Below, one piece after another: positions 57,421 to 58,231 of a stretch of 58,231 nt of DNA. The stretch comes from a virus (Duplodnaviria; Caudoviricetes), in IMG/VR virus record IMGVR_UViG_3300047545_000612, positions 1 to 58,231 of that record, one strand, 5' to 3'. The translations under genes were made by a program, and so were the position numbers. The notes under the pieces are model-generated. The model did no database searches and had not been told where the DNA came from. It worked only from the letters and a program-made list of their open reading frames with translations. Each line of letters begins with the position of its first letter. Positions within the stretch are counted from its first letter, which is position 1.

Positions 57421-57685
57421 CTGTTTGTTTTTTGATTATTGTAATATTGTTATCTATGTGGTTGATCTCTTCTGTAATGTGTACTACTTTTTCTCTTACA
57501 GAGTCTATCTTAGTATCAATTACATTGTTTACAGCCTGAGCTGAGTCAACCTGTACCTGTAGGGCTTGGATCTTATCCTTGTACCCCTGTACGTCTGTCT
57601 TAACGCTGTTGGTCGTAAAGATGTTCCAAGCAGCTAGAATAACCACTATCCCTAGTAGTATATTCTGTGAATTGTTTCTTATCAT
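57335..57685 (-). CDS. putative inner-membrane spanin (Rz-like)
   Basis: N-terminal TM plus periplasmic coiled coil, downstream of holin. Confidence 0.5.
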   Translation of the reverse strand: MIRNNSQNILLGIVVILAAWNIFTTNSVKTDVQGYKDKIQALQVQVDSAQAVNNVIDTKIDSVREKVVHITEEINHIDNNITIIKKQTDEKVNRVDSYTANELEQFFADRYNKGTN

Positions 57686-57747
57686 ATCTTTCTAATATAA
57701 GAAAAGGTTGGACATAATCCAACCCATCTTTAGTGCTTAATTTAATT

Positions 57748-58167
57748 CTAAACTTCTCTCTCTCCTTTATGCTTATCTAATTTGTCTAGTATCTGAATTA
57801 ATAACTCATTCTTGACTATTCCTACCATCGAAGCATTTTTAAAGATACTAATTAATTGAAATACTAAGAATGGAGCCATAATAGTTTCACTTAGCCAAGA
57901 TGTACCTGTAAATCCTTTTTCAATTGTTAGTATAGCCGATAACATTACTACCCAAAATCCAAATGTCTTAAGTACTTTAATTGCCTTGTGAGTAATGAAT
58001 CCTTCTCTTTTCATTCCAGCCCAGATACCGAAGTACCCATCTGTGAAGACTACAAAGCCTACTGATAGGTATTGTTCGATATTATCTGCTGTTAGGTCCA
58101 TAAAATATGAACCTATAAATGCACATGCTGTTGTCAATGTTAATAGTATTGCTGAGAGTGTTTTCAT
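57748..58167 (-). CDS. holin
   Basis: Multiple TMs; D...GI....K...F...KA; QLISIFKNA pattern of phage holin family 4-like proteins. Confidence 0.7.
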   Translation of the reverse strand: MKTLSAILLTLTTACAFIGSYFMDLTADNIEQYLSVGFVVFTDGYFGIWAGMKREGFITHKAIKVLKTFGFWVVMLSAILTIEKGFTGTSWLSETIMAPFLVFQLISIFKNASMVGIVKNELLIQILDKLDKHKGEREV

Positions 58168-58180
58168 CTTATAGATTAAA

Positions 58181-58231
58181 CTATTTTACGTATTCGTAAT
58201 ACTTTTTCGTTTTATTAGTTCTATCTTCTAA
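58181..58231 (-). CDS. 3' end of probable GH19 endolysin (partial)
   Basis: LEDRTNKTKKYYEYVK* resembles GH19 C-terminus (GL.DR...Y); adjacent to holin. Confidence 0.4.
   Translation of the reverse strand, partial: LEDRTNKTKKYYEYVK

Overview
This is a 58 kb segment of a large, AT-rich tailed dsDNA phage, probably myovirus-like (gp6/J-like and gp25-like baseplate genes). The host is very likely a Bacteroidota: promoters follow the TTG-N19-TAnnTTTA pattern and start regions are A-rich without Shine-Dalgarno sites. Essentially all real genes are on the minus strand; the + strand ORFs are shadows. In + coordinates: (1) 1-20.5 kb is a late/structural block with a minimal kinase, a GIY-YIG nuclease, three paralogous collagen-like tail fibres, and baseplate and spike genes. 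(2) 20.5-24.8 kb holds a gp55-like sigma factor, an HD hydrolase and a T5orf172 protein. (3) 24.9-31.7 kb is an early/host-takeover island of tiny genes, most behind a near-identical promoter repeat. (4) 31.7-48.5 kb has small early/middle genes, including an AEP-like protein, a CCA-adding enzyme, SPFH, DUF932, HNH and a TraR-like protein. (5) 48.6-55.1 kb is a glycosyltransferase cluster. (6) 55-58 kb has a Cas4-like nuclease, DUF3310 and a lysis cassette. The most interesting signals are in the early island and are missed by the ORF track. They are a 56-aa ArfA/BrfA-like basic peptide whose gene contains a terminator hairpin and is overlapped by a promoter-driven antisense RNA, two non-canonical tRNA-like RNAs (one resembling an isolated tmRNA tRNA-like domain), a ~350-nt structured antisense-orientation RNA, and two 12-bp-phased AACGGGT repeat clusters. 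The peptide and tRNA-like RNAs together suggest, by inference, a phage module that manipulates ribosome rescue/trans-translation. All protein calls come from motif recognition by eye; no database searches were run.
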